A DNA stretch of 64,000 bases, from assembly GCA_964586175.1 (NCBI GenBank), contig CAZPGL010000002.1, forward strand, positions 36,082 through 100,081, written 5' to 3'. Below are positions 54,824-64,000 of the stretch, piece by piece. The notes beneath the pieces are model-generated. The model did no database searches, was not told the DNA's origin, and worked only from the letters and a program-made list of their open reading frames with translations. Made by a program: the position numbers and the translations under genes. The stretch comes from an uncultured Microthrixaceae bacterium. GTDB taxonomy: Bacteria; Actinomycetota; Acidimicrobiia; Acidimicrobiales; MedAcidi-G1. Each line of letters begins with the position of its first letter. Position 1 is the stretch's first letter.

Positions 54824-55918
54824 ATGCCCACCGCGCTCGTCATCGGCGGCACCGGACCGACCGGACCGCACATCGTGGAAGGGCTGGGGGCCCGCGGTTT
54901 CGACGTCACCGTGTTCCACTCGGGTCACCACGAGGTGCCCGAGGTCGACCACGTCCCGCACCTCCACGGCGACGCGTTCTCTGCTGACGGCATCGCCGGC
55001 ACCCTCGGCGACCGCGGATTCGACTTGGTCGTCGCCTGCTACGGGCGACTCCGAGCCATCGCCGAGTTCTTCGCCGACCGGTGCGACCGGTTCATCTCGG
55101 TGGGCGGGATCCCGGCCTACCGGGGCGTGTTCGACGCCACCCGGTTCGACCCGCCCGGCCTGCCAATCCCGACCGCCGAATCGGCCCCGCTGGCCGACGA
55201 GGACGACGACGGCAAGAGCTACCGGGTGGCCAAGACCGAGGAGCGGCTGTTCGAGCATCAGCCGGACGCCACCCATTTCCGGTACCCGTTCGTGTACGGG
55301 CCCCGTCAGATCGCACCCCAGGACTGGGTCATCGTGCGCCGGGTCCTCGACGGACGGCCGGCGATCATCGTGCCCGACGGGGGCCTGGCCGCCGAGACCC
55401 GCGCCTATACCCGCAATGCCGCCCACACCGTCCTGTTGGCCGTCGACGTCGACGAATCGGCCGGCCGGGTGTTCAACGTGGGCGACGAGGAGTCCCTCTC
55501 GATCAGCCAGCGCATCCAGTTGATCTGTGACGAGTTGGGCCACGACATGGCGATGGTCAGCGTGCCCACCGACGTGGCGCTGCCGGCCCGGCCCTTGTCC
55601 GGGCAGCACGTGCCGGGTCACCGCATCCTCGACCTGTCGGCCACCCGGTCGGTGCTCGGCTACCGCGATGTCGTTCCGGCCCGCCAGGCGATCCGGGAGA
55701 CGGCCCGCTGGCTGGCCGAGAACCCGCTCCCGGTGGGAATCCGCGAGGAGGCGGTCCTCGAGGACCCGTTCGACTACGAACGGGAGGACCGGCTGCTCGA
55801 CGCCTGGCGCACCGCCATGGCCACGCTCCCCGACCTCGACTACCCGCAGGAACCCGGTTACGGGTGGGCGTACAGCGGGCCGGGCACCAACTACCGGCGG
55901 GACGACACCCGGATCTGA
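54824..55918 (+). CDS. NAD-dependent epimerase/dehydratase family protein
   Basis: 364 aa. ALVIGGTGPTGPHIVEGL is the Rossmann motif. The rest is an extended-SDR-like fold. Confidence 0.75.
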   Translation: MPTALVIGGTGPTGPHIVEGLGARGFDVTVFHSGHHEVPEVDHVPHLHGDAFSADGIAGTLGDRGFDLVVACYGRLRAIAEFFADRCDRFISVGGIPAYRGVFDATRFDPPGLPIPTAESAPLADEDDDGKSYRVAKTEERLFEHQPDATHFRYPFVYGPRQIAPQDWVIVRRVLDGRPAIIVPDGGLAAETRAYTRNAAHTVLLAVDVDESAGRVFNVGDEESLSISQRIQLICDELGHDMAMVSVPTDVALPARPLSGQHVPGHRILDLSATRSVLGYRDVVPARQAIRETARWLAENPLPVGIREEAVLEDPFDYEREDRLLDAWRTAMATLPDLDYPQEPGYGWAYSGPGTNYRRDDTRI

Positions 55919-56829
55919 GCGTCGGCCGACGGGCCGGCCCGCGAGGTCAGCCACGCTCCGCTCAACAACACCACGGTGCCGAGGATCTGCCAGGTGCCCA
56001 GCACCTCGTCCAACACGACGACGCCGAGCACCCCGGCGACCACCGGGATCAGATAGGTCACGATCGACATGCGCACCGCCCCGACCCGGCCGTTCAGGGT
56101 GGCCGCGGCCAGGAAGGCCAGGCCGGTCCCGCCGACCCCGACGGCCACGTTGGCGGCCACCGCCTCTCCCGACCAGGACGACGAGGCCAGGCCCACCAAC
56201 CCGAACGGCAGCGTGGCGACGGTGGCCACGGCCAGCACCCGGGACAACACGGCCAACGAGCCGTAGCGGCGCTGCAACGGGCCGGCCAGGTTGGCGGCGA
56301 AGCCGTAGGAGCACACGGCCAGCAGCACCAGAGCCACCCCGAGGGCATTGGTGTCCCCCGCCGACGCGGTGGGCAGGCCGACCATCAGGATCCCGGCGAC
56401 GCCGACCAGCACGCCGAGGACCTGGACGCGGCTGGTTCCGACCCCGAACAGGGCGGCCGCGGCGATCACCGTGGCCACCGGCATGCCGCTGTTGAGCATC
56501 CCGGTGACCGATGAGTCGATCCACTGTTGGGCCAACGGGAACATGGTGAGCGGAAAGGCCATCCAGGTGACGCCCAGCAGAACCAGGCGCCCCCGGTCCG
56601 CCGGGTCGACGGGGCGCCGGGCCGCCGGAAACACCAGCACGGTCACCAAACCCATGGCGGGACGCAGGAACGTGACCAACCCCGGGTGTTCGGCGTCGAG
56701 AGCGACGTCCATGAACAGGAACGACGACCCCCAGATACCGGCGGCGCAGACGAGCAGCAGCCAGTCGACAGGGGCGAACGGCCGGGCTTCGGCCGGGAGC
56801 ATGGTCGGGGGGCTGGCCTGGTCGTCCAT
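55891..56829 (-). CDS. EamA/DMT-family membrane transporter
   Basis: ORF 55891..57651 trimmed to the ATG at 56829 (MDDQASPP...). Ten hydrophobic segments. Its 3' end overlaps the convergent epimerase gene by 28 nt. Confidence 0.8.
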   Translation of the reverse strand: MDDQASPPTMLPAEARPFAPVDWLLLVCAAGIWGSSFLFMDVALDAEHPGLVTFLRPAMGLVTVLVFPAARRPVDPADRGRLVLLGVTWMAFPLTMFPLAQQWIDSSVTGMLNSGMPVATVIAAAALFGVGTSRVQVLGVLVGVAGILMVGLPTASAGDTNALGVALVLLAVCSYGFAANLAGPLQRRYGSLAVLSRVLAVATVATLPFGLVGLASSSWSGEAVAANVAVGVGGTGLAFLAAATLNGRVGAVRMSIVTYLIPVVAGVLGVVVLDEVLGTWQILGTVVLLSGAWLTSRAGPSADAQIRVSSRR

Positions 56830-56892
56830 AAGCTGCCGACGATAGTGGCGGCCGATTCTCCGGCGCGCGTGCGGCCGGGCCAGACTCCGGTC

Positions 56893-58218
56893 ATGCGCCG
56901 GATGTCCACCGCCCTGTTGGCCCTCGGCCTGGTCGCGGCATCGTGCGGGTCGTCCGGTTCGCCGACCGGACCGGCCGCCTCCGCACCGTCGACGACCACG
57001 GCGGCACCCACCACCACCGCACCGTCGACGACCACGGCGGCACCCACCACCACCGCACCGTCGACGACCACGGCGGCACCCACCACCACCGCACCGTCGA
57101 CGACCACGGCGGCACCCACCACGACGCTCCCACCGTGGACGGCCTTGACCCTCGCCGAGGACACGGCACCGCTCGGTGCTCTGCTGGCCGCCGAGACAAT
57201 CGGGCTGGACTGGCCGGACGCCCCGGCCGTGGCCTGGCGGGTGCGGTACCGGTCGGTGTCGGTCATGGGCGACCCCATCGAGGTCACCGGGCTCATCGTG
57301 GCTCCGGCCGAGCCGGCCACCAGCCCCCGGCCGGTGTTCTCGGTGGTCCACGGCACCACCGGCGTGGCCGACCAGTGCGCGCCGTCCCTCGACTTCCCTG
57401 AGGGCTGGTCGACCGAGTTGATGGTCCCGGCCATCGCCGACGGCTGGGTGGTCGTGGCCACCGACTACGAAGGCATGGGCGGGCCGGGCCTCCACCCGTA
57501 CATCGTCGGCCAGAGCGAGGCCCAGGGCGGCTTCGACATCGTGCGGGCCGCGGCGTCGATCCCCGAGCTGATGGCTACCGGGCCGCTCGTGGTGTGGGGA
57601 CATTCGCAGGGCGGCCACGCCGCCATGCACTCGGCGCAACGCTGGCAGCAACTGGCCCCCGAGCTGAACCTGGTGGGCGTGGCCGCCGGCGCACCCCCCA
57701 GCCAGCTGGGGCTACTGTCCGACTTCCTCAGGGGCTCCGACTTCCAGGGCTACATGGTCATGGCCGGTGCCGGCCTGGCCACCGCCTACCCCGAGCTGGA
57801 GCTCGCCGACGTCGTCAATCCCGACTATCTGCACCTGCTCGACGAGTTGGAGAACGGCTGCAACGACCACATTTTCGAGACGTTCAACGGCATCCCGTAC
57901 GAGGACCTGCTGCTGGTCGACGACATCTTCGCCGAGCCGGACTGGGCGGCCCGACTGACCGAGAACGACACCAACCAGCTGCCGGTGCAGGTACCCACGA
58001 TCATCCTGCACGGCGACCAGGACGAGCAGATCCCGGTCATCTCCAGCCAGTGGCTGTTCGAGCAGGTCTGTGCGATGGACGGCCGGTCGACCCTCGAGCG
58101 CATCGTGTACGAGGGTCACGACCACAGTTCGACCGTCGACGCTTACTGGCCCGACCTGATGGCCTGGACCGGTGACCGGGTAGCCGGTGTCGAAGCGACC
58201 GACGGGTGCCCGGCATGA
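56893..58218 (+). CDS. secreted lipoprotein of the secretory-lipase (LIP, alpha/beta hydrolase) type with (APSTTTAAPTTT)x4 linker
   Basis: ORF 56527..58218 trimmed to the ATG at 56893. MRRMSTALLALGLVAASCG is the lipobox. Motifs: ATDYEGMG, and GHSQGG (the nucleophile elbow). Confidence 0.75.
   Translation: MRRMSTALLALGLVAASCGSSGSPTGPAASAPSTTTAAPTTTAPSTTTAAPTTTAPSTTTAAPTTTAPSTTTAAPTTTLPPWTALTLAEDTAPLGALLAAETIGLDWPDAPAVAWRVRYRSVSVMGDPIEVTGLIVAPAEPATSPRPVFSVVHGTTGVADQCAPSLDFPEGWSTELMVPAIADGWVVVATDYEGMGGPGLHPYIVGQSEAQGGFDIVRAAASIPELMATGPLVVWGHSQGGHAAMHSAQRWQQLAPELNLVGVAAGAPPSQLGLLSDFLRGSDFQGYMVMAGAGLATAYPELELADVVNPDYLHLLDELENGCNDHIFETFNGIPYEDLLLVDDIFAEPDWAARLTENDTNQLPVQVPTIILHGDQDEQIPVISSQWLFEQVCAMDGRSTLERIVYEGHDHSSTVDAYWPDLMAWTGDRVAGVEATDGCPA
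56983..57126. repeat. 36-bp tandem repeat x4 (GCACCGTCGACGACCACGGCGGCACCCACCACCACC), in-frame in the lipase gene
   Basis: Three copies are identical. The fourth diverges only in its last few bases. Confidence 0.95.
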
Positions 58219-59375
58219 GCGAGACGTTGGTCCGGGAGCGCATCGACGCCCTGCTGGCCCACGACCCCGCCGATCGGGCCGGGTTCCTCGGCGCCCAGTA
58301 CGACCTGGGCCTGGCCTGGGTGCACTTCCCCGAAGGGGCCGGCGGGCTGGCCGCCGACCGCAGCCTCCAGACCCTCGTCCACGAGGCGGTGGTCGACGTG
58401 GGCGGCCCTCACCCCCGCTACGACATCGGCTACGGCATGGGCGCACCGACCATCGTCGCGTGCGGTACCCCGGAGCAGTCGGACCGCTGGCTACGCCCCC
58501 TGTTCACGACGGCCGAGGTCTGGTGCCAGCTGTTCTCCGAGCCCGGTGCCGGATCGGACGTGGCCGGCCTGGCCACCCGGGCCGTGCGCGACGGCGACGA
58601 GTGGATCGTCAACGGGCAGAAGGTCTGGACCAGCAACGCCCACGAGGCCGACTGGGGCCTGCTCGTCGCCCGGACCGACCCCGATGTGCCCAAGCACCGG
58701 GGGCTCACCTATTTCGCGGTGCCGCTCGACCAGCCAGGGGTCGAGATCCGACCGCTGCGCCAGATCACCGGCCAGGCTGAGTTCAACGAGGTGTTCTTCA
58801 CCGACGCCCGAATCGCCGACGCCGACCGGATCGGCGACATCGGCGAGGGCTGGCGGGTGGCGCTGACGACGCTCATGAACGAGCGGGTGGCCATCGGCGG
58901 CACCACCAGGGACGCCGGCACGAGCACCATCGACCGGGTCGTCGATGCGTGGCGACGGTACGGCCACGACGACCCCGCCCGGCGCGACGAGCTGATGAAG
59001 TTGTGGATCCGTTCGGAGGCGCTGCGCCTGAACAACCTGCGGGCCGAGGCGGCGCGGGCGACGGGCACGCCGGGCCCCGAGGGTTCGATCGGCAAGATCC
59101 TGTCCGCAGACCTCAACAAGGACGCCTTCGCGTTCGGTGTCGGCCTGGCCGGTATGGCCGGCACCCTGTTCGACGCCGGGTACGTCATGGACCAGTCCCG
59201 GCCGGCGATGCAGTACGACTCGCTGGCCGAGTACTTCCTGCGTTCGCGGGCGAACTCGATCGAGGGCGGCACCACCGAGGTGATGCGCAACATCCTGGGC
59301 GAACGGGTCCTGGGTCTCCCCGGCGACGTGCGGGCCGACAAAGACCGGCCCTGGACCGAGGTCCCCCGCAACTGA
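58215..59375 (+). CDS. acyl-CoA dehydrogenase
   Basis: The ATG at 58215 overlaps the lipase TGA (ATGA). Motifs: WCQLFSEPGAGSD, DEWIVNGQKVWTS, GEGW, IEGGTTEVMRNILGERVLGLP. Confidence 0.9.
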   Translation: MSETLVRERIDALLAHDPADRAGFLGAQYDLGLAWVHFPEGAGGLAADRSLQTLVHEAVVDVGGPHPRYDIGYGMGAPTIVACGTPEQSDRWLRPLFTTAEVWCQLFSEPGAGSDVAGLATRAVRDGDEWIVNGQKVWTSNAHEADWGLLVARTDPDVPKHRGLTYFAVPLDQPGVEIRPLRQITGQAEFNEVFFTDARIADADRIGDIGEGWRVALTTLMNERVAIGGTTRDAGTSTIDRVVDAWRRYGHDDPARRDELMKLWIRSEALRLNNLRAEAARATGTPGPEGSIGKILSADLNKDAFAFGVGLAGMAGTLFDAGYVMDQSRPAMQYDSLAEYFLRSRANSIEGGTTEVMRNILGERVLGLPGDVRADKDRPWTEVPRN

Positions 59376-59408
59376 CCTGCAGGATGGGGACTGTCCCCTT
59401 CCTGCAGG
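59376..59408. terminator. long near-perfect hairpin between convergent genes (bidirectional terminator candidate)
   Basis: CCTGCAGGATGGGGA-CTG-TCCCCTTCCTGCAGG forms 14 bp plus one T.T mismatch, with a 3-nt loop. It starts 1 nt after the ACAD stop and ends 9 nt before the aquaporin stop. Confidence 0.6.
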
Positions 59409-59417
59409 TTGGGGAGG

Positions 59418-60095
59418 TCAGGCGGTTCGGGGGAAGAGGGAGCGGACCACCACCACGGCCACCGCCACCCCCACCACCTGCATGATCACGAACATCGGGG
59501 CACAACCCGGATCGATGCCGGCGAAGGTGTCCGACATCGTGCGGGCCACGGTGACCGCCGGGTTGGCGAAGCTGGTCGACGACGTGAAGTAGTAGGCCCC
59601 GCCGATGTAGGCACCGACCACATACGGGATGCTGCCCAGCCGGGCGGTACGCACCAAGCTGAACACCACCAGCAGCAGTCCGACCGTGGCCACGACCTCC
59701 GCCAACCAGAGGTGGCCCCCCGACCGCTGGGTCGTCGACCACTCCACGGCCGGCAGGTCGAACATGAGGTTGGCCAGGATGGTTCCCAGCACGCCGCCGA
59801 CCACCTGGATGGCGACCATCGGCGCCACCTGGCGCCCGTCACGGTGGCCGAGGGCCCACGCGGCCAGGGTGACCGCCGGGTTGAAGTCGGCTGAGATCGT
59901 GCCGAAGATCGAGATGATGGCGACCAGCACCGCCGCAGTCGCCGCGGCGTTCTGGAACAACTGGAGGCCCACATCGCCGGGCGACAGGCGCTGGGCCATG
60001 ATCCCCGACCCGACGACCCCGACCAGCAGGAACATCGTGCCCAGGCCCTCGGCCAGCAGGGTGCGCCGGAAGCCCGGCGAGCTCAACGCGTTCAT
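59418..60095 (-). CDS. MIP/aquaporin-family channel
   Basis: ORF trimmed to the ATG at 60095 (MNALSSPGFRR...), which overlaps the upstream stop (ATGA). Two NPAVT motifs. Confidence 0.9.
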   Translation of the reverse strand: MNALSSPGFRRTLLAEGLGTMFLLVGVVGSGIMAQRLSPGDVGLQLFQNAAATAAVLVAIISIFGTISADFNPAVTLAAWALGHRDGRQVAPMVAIQVVGGVLGTILANLMFDLPAVEWSTTQRSGGHLWLAEVVATVGLLLVVFSLVRTARLGSIPYVVGAYIGGAYYFTSSTSFANPAVTVARTMSDTFAGIDPGCAPMFVIMQVVGVAVAVVVVRSLFPRTA

Positions 60096-61021
60096 CCGGT
60101 GAACAGATCCGGGTGACGGGCCTCTGCCATGCGACGCAGGCCGTCCCGCCAGTCGACGGCACACGGGCCTATCAGCCCGTGCAGGCGGGTGACGTCGACG
60201 GCCCGGCTGGACACGCCGTCCGGCGTGGCCGCGATGTCGACGTCGAGTCCGCAGACCTCAGCCAGGTGGCTGACGTACGTCGTCACCTCCACCGGGTGGT
60301 TGCCGGCCCAGTTGACGACGGTCGCCGGCACCGACGCCACGTCCAGCAGCGGTCCGACCTGGGCGTTGATGTCGTCTTGGTGGATCAGGTTGAACCACGA
60401 CGGTTGGTCGTGGACCGGAACCGCCATACCGGCCCTCATCATGTCCAGTTGGTAGGCGGGCAGGCCGCCGTTGGGCCCGTACGACATGTTCATCCGGGCG
60501 ATGACCGTCGGCAATTCCAGGCTGCGGGCCATCGTCCGGGCCACCGCCTCCTGGGCGTTCTTGGCGACCGAGTACGTCGGCGCATACGTCTGGGCGTGCT
60601 CACCCAGCGGGTCGTCCTCGTGCAACAGGTGTTCAGGGTCGTCGTTGTGGCGGTACACGGCGCTCGACGACATCACCAGCACCGACTCGGCCTCGGCGAA
60701 GCGGGCCATCACCAGCCCGGTGCCCTCGGCGTTGATGCGCAGAGCCTGTTCGAAGTCGTCGCCGACGATGTAGGCGGCCAGGTGCAGCACGTGGTCGAAC
60801 CGGTCCGGCAGGGCCGACCAGTCCGGGTCGGCCAGATCCACGGCAGCGGTCCGGCATCCCGTGGCCTCGACCCGCTCCCGGGCCGCCGGGTCGCCGAACC
60901 GGGCGATCCCCCACACCTCGTTGTCGGCGACCAGCGACTCGACGATCGGGAACGCGATCTGGCCGGCCGGCCCGGTGACGAGGATCCGACGGTCGGCGAG
61001 CCCGGCCGCCGGATCAGCCAT
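60092..61021 (-). CDS. NAD-dependent epimerase/dehydratase family protein
   Basis: 309 aa. RILVTGPAGQIAFPIV is the Rossmann motif. YSVAKNAQE is the YxxxK motif. Confidence 0.8.
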   Translation of the reverse strand: MADPAAGLADRRILVTGPAGQIAFPIVESLVADNEVWGIARFGDPAARERVEATGCRTAAVDLADPDWSALPDRFDHVLHLAAYIVGDDFEQALRINAEGTGLVMARFAEAESVLVMSSSAVYRHNDDPEHLLHEDDPLGEHAQTYAPTYSVAKNAQEAVARTMARSLELPTVIARMNMSYGPNGGLPAYQLDMMRAGMAVPVHDQPSWFNLIHQDDINAQVGPLLDVASVPATVVNWAGNHPVEVTTYVSHLAEVCGLDVDIAATPDGVSSRAVDVTRLHGLIGPCAVDWRDGLRRMAEARHPDLFTG

Positions 61022-62630
61022 CGGTGTACAGCAGCCCGTAGACGATCGAGTCGACCAGGGCCTGCCACGAGGCTTCGATGATGTTCTCGGACACGCCGAT
61101 GGTCGTCCAGGTGCGGGACCCGTTGGTGGTGTCGAGCAGCACCCGGGTGACGGCCCCGGTTCCCTTGCTGGTTTCCAGCACCCGCACCTTGAAGTCGGTG
61201 AGATGCAGACGGGACAGGGCCGGGAACCGGCCGTTCAGGGCCCGGCGCAGGGCCGCATCGAGGGCGTTGACCGGGCCGTTGCCCTCACCGGTGGCGACCA
61301 CCCGCTCGCCGTCCACCCAGATCTTGACCGTGGCCTCGGTCTCGACATCCACGGCCACGTCGTTCCACGCCCGGCTTCCGCTACCGGAACGGTGCCCGAC
61401 GTTGACCGAGAACGACTCGAGGGTGAAGTAGTCGTGTTCCCAGCCCCCTGCCGCCCGCATCAACAGCTCGAGCGACGCGTCGGCGGCCTCGAAGTGGTAG
61501 CCGCGGTGTTCGAGCACCTTGAGCGTCTCGACGATCTCCCCGAGGGTCTCACCGCCGAGGTCGAGCCCCAACTGCTGTGCCTTGAGCTCGATGGTGGACC
61601 TCCCCGACATCTCGGACACGAGGAACCGGGTGCCGTTGCCGACCAGGTCGGGGTCGATGTGCTCGTAAGCATCGGGGCGTCGGGAGATGGCGCTGGTGTG
61701 CAACCCGGCCTTGTGGGCGAACGCCGTGGCCCCGACGTACGGCTGCTGCGGGTCGGCGGTGAAGTTGACCAACTCGGCGACGTGCCGGGCCACCGCGGTG
61801 AGGTGTTCGAGGCGCCCGTCGGGCAGGGTCCGGATCCCCAGCTTGAGGCTGAGGTTGGCGATGATCGGCACCAGATCGCAGTTGCCGACACGTTCCCCGT
61901 AGCCGTTGATGGTGCCCTGCACCTGGGTGGCACCGCCCATGACCCCGGCGATGGCGTTGGCCACCCCGCAGCCGGTGTCGTTGTGCAGGTGGACCCCGAT
62001 CGGCGTGTCCACGTGTGCGCAGACCTCGCGCACCGTCTGCTCGACGTGGAAGGGCAGCGAGCCGCCGTTGGTGTCGCACAGCACGAGGCAGTCGGCCCCG
62101 GCCATGGCCGCCCCTTCGAGCACACGGAGGGAGAACTCGGGGTTGGCCCGGTAGCCGTCGAAGAAATGCTCGGCATCGAAAAACACCTCGAGCCCCTGGT
62201 CCTTCAGGTGGCGCACCGAGTCGGCGACCATGGCGACGCCTTCGTCGAGGGTGGTGCGCAGGGCTTCGGCGACGTGGTAGTCCCACGCCTTGCCGACGAT
62301 GCACACCGTCGAGGTGCCGGCGGCGACCAGGTTGGCCAGCGTGGGGTCGTCGTCGACCTTGCCGTTGACGCGCCGGGTCGACCCGAACGCCACGAGCCGC
62401 GAGGTGGTCAGGTCCAGTTCGGAGCGGGCCCGGGCGAAGAACTCCTCGTCCTTGGGGTTGGCGCCCGGCCAGCCGCCCTCGATGTAGTGGACGCCCAGCC
62501 GGTCGAGCTGCTCAGCAATGCGCAGCTTGTCGTCGACGGTGAGCGAGATGCCCTCGAGTTGGGCACCGTCGCGCAGCGTCGTGTCGTAGATATCGACCGC
62601 GGTAGGCGGCACGGTGTGCTCAGCCGACAT
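61014..62630 (-). CDS. cimA: citramalate synthase (LeuA/CimA family, long form with LeuA-dimer regulatory domain)
   Basis: ORF trimmed to the ATG at 62630 (MSAEHTVPP...). Motifs: IYDTTLRDGAQ, HLHNDTGCGVAN, GTINGYGERVGN, and a C-terminal GNGPVNALD. Confidence 0.85.
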   Translation of the reverse strand: MSAEHTVPPTAVDIYDTTLRDGAQLEGISLTVDDKLRIAEQLDRLGVHYIEGGWPGANPKDEEFFARARSELDLTTSRLVAFGSTRRVNGKVDDDPTLANLVAAGTSTVCIVGKAWDYHVAEALRTTLDEGVAMVADSVRHLKDQGLEVFFDAEHFFDGYRANPEFSLRVLEGAAMAGADCLVLCDTNGGSLPFHVEQTVREVCAHVDTPIGVHLHNDTGCGVANAIAGVMGGATQVQGTINGYGERVGNCDLVPIIANLSLKLGIRTLPDGRLEHLTAVARHVAELVNFTADPQQPYVGATAFAHKAGLHTSAISRRPDAYEHIDPDLVGNGTRFLVSEMSGRSTIELKAQQLGLDLGGETLGEIVETLKVLEHRGYHFEAADASLELLMRAAGGWEHDYFTLESFSVNVGHRSGSGSRAWNDVAVDVETEATVKIWVDGERVVATGEGNGPVNALDAALRRALNGRFPALSRLHLTDFKVRVLETSKGTGAVTRVLLDTTNGSRTWTTIGVSENIIEASWQALVDSIVYGLLYTDG

Positions 62631-63537
62631 GCTCGTTCCACTCGGCGTATTCGGGACGCTTGCCCCGCACAGCCTCGAAGAAGACCTCTTGGATGGCCCT
62701 GGTGATCGGCCCCGGATCGCCGATCTGACGGTCGTCGACCGAGCGGATCGGCACGACCTCGGCGGCCGTGCCGGACAGGAACGCCTCGTCGGCGACGTAG
62801 AGGTCGCTGCGGAGAATGTTGCCTTCCACGTACGGGATGCCGAGGTCTTCGGCCATGCGGTGCACGGCGTTCTGGGTGATGCCCTCGAGGGCACCGGCCG
62901 ACGTGGGCGGGGTCACGATCGTGCCGTTCTTGACCATGAACAGGTTCTCGCCGCTGCATTCGGAGACGTAGCCCTGTGGGGACAGCAGGATGGCCTCGTC
63001 GTAGCCGGACCGCAGGGCCTGCACCTTGGCCATCTGCGAGTTGATGTAGTGCCCGCAACCCTTGGCGGCCGGCGGCATGGCGTTGGCGTCGTGGCGCTGC
63101 CACGACGAGATCATTGCGTTGATGCCGTTCTGGATGCCTTCGTCGCCGAGGTAGGTCCCCCATGGCCAGCAGGCGATCGACACGTCGACCTGGCACGGCA
63201 GCGGGTTGAGGCCCATCTCGCCGTACCCCAGATAGGCGAGGGGGCGGATGTAGCACGACTCGAGGCCGCTGGACCGAACGGTGTCCTTGACCCCTTCGAC
63301 CAGCTGATCAACGGTCCATGGGATGTCGATGAGCAGGATCTTGGCCGAGCGGAACAGCCGCTCGATGTGCGGGGTGAGCCGGAACACCGCCGGTCCGTCG
63401 TCGGTCCCGTAGGCGCGGATACCTTCGAAGACGCCGTTGCCGTAGTGGAGGGTGTGGGTGAGCACGTGCACGGTGGCGTCGTCCCAGTCGACGAGTTCGC
63501 CGTTCATCCAGATTTTGGCTGCCTTCTCGATCGGCAT
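62620..63537 (-). CDS. ilvE: branched-chain amino acid aminotransferase
   Basis: 305 aa. IWMNGELVDWDDATVHVLTHTLHYGNGVFEGIRAY, CGHYINSQMAK, EGITQ. Confidence 0.95.
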   Translation of the reverse strand: MPIEKAAKIWMNGELVDWDDATVHVLTHTLHYGNGVFEGIRAYGTDDGPAVFRLTPHIERLFRSAKILLIDIPWTVDQLVEGVKDTVRSSGLESCYIRPLAYLGYGEMGLNPLPCQVDVSIACWPWGTYLGDEGIQNGINAMISSWQRHDANAMPPAAKGCGHYINSQMAKVQALRSGYDEAILLSPQGYVSECSGENLFMVKNGTIVTPPTSAGALEGITQNAVHRMAEDLGIPYVEGNILRSDLYVADEAFLSGTAAEVVPIRSVDDRQIGDPGPITRAIQEVFFEAVRGKRPEYAEWNEHVG

Positions 63538-63581
63538 CGCCGGTCTCCTGTTGTCGTCGGGATGGTGGTCGGGGTTGCGGG

Positions 63582-64000
63582 TCAGGCGACCCGTTCGGCG
63601 ATGGCGTCGCCGGTGGCGGCCGTGCCGGTGACCTGGGTGGCCGGGTCGGCACAGGCGGCTTCGATGCGGGCCGCGGCGTCAGTCTCGCCGAGGAAGTCGA
63701 GCATCATGGCACCCGACAGGATGGCCGCCGTGGGGTTGGCCACACCCTGGCCTGCGATGTCGGGGGCCGAGCCGTGCACGGGCTCGAACATGGAGGGGCC
63801 GGTGCGGGCCGGGTTGAGGTTGGCCGACGAGGCCAGGCCGATGCCGCCGGATACCGCTCCGCCGAGGTCGGTGAGGATGTCACCGAACAGGTTGTCGGTG
63901 ACGATCACGTCGTACTGCTCGGGCGACTGCACGAAGTAGATACACGCCGCGTCGACATGGTTGTAGGCCGTTTCGACCTCGGGGTACTCGGCGGCCACCT
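63582..64000 (-). CDS. leuB: 3-isopropylmalate dehydrogenase, C-terminal part (5' end beyond the window)
   Basis: [35 protein letters not shown]....[27 protein letters not shown]. Confidence 0.9.
   Translation of the reverse strand, partial: VAAEYPEVETAYNHVDAACIYFVQSPEQYDVIVTDNLFGDILTDLGGAVSGGIGLASSANLNPARTGPSMFEPVHGSAPDIAGQGVANPTAAILSGAMMLDFLGETDAAARIEAACADPATQVTGTAATGDAIAERVA

Overview
High-GC (roughly 70% by eye) actinobacterial-type chromosome segment; an Acidimicrobiia-like origin is only a guess. It is densely packed, with about 66 CDS and one tRNA-Ala(CGC). I saw no rRNA, transposase, integrase, prophage or CRISPR. Most long antisense ORFs in the six-frame track are high-GC shadow ORFs. 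Content is mainly core metabolism: a thiolase/DUF35/ADH/crotonase lipid-degradation cluster; PII; an Lrp-asparaginase pair; RsgA; a MacAB-like ABC exporter operon; Moco biosynthesis (moeA-moaA-moaC); plsY; uppP; pmbA/tldD; dxs; ferrochelatase; a GyrA/GyrB-paralog topoisomerase pair; mutM; map; a metal-transport cluster (CDF, CopA-like P-type ATPase, VIT1); and leuB-ilvE-cimA. The most unusual signal is not visible in the ORF track. Two separate ArsC-family genes (5645..6031 minus, 12429..12779 plus) each carry an in-frame TGA at the codon of the catalytic N-terminal cysteine (HNPxCxxS[RK] motif). Each has a GC-rich hairpin shortly downstream of the TGA. This is the classic Cys/Sec signature of selenoproteins, but no sel genes or tRNA-Sec lie in this window. 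Neither gene sits in an ars operon. Secondary oddities: a 730-aa membrane-fusion protein with a peptidoglycan-binding module and three Calx-beta-like repeats inserted; perfect in-frame tandem repeats in two secreted lipoproteins; an orphan PII gene next to an AT-rich palindrome-bearing divergent region; a four-block CGCGCG twin hairpin after moaC; and a DUF1800/DUF1501 pair. All family calls come from by-eye motif recognition, with no database search.
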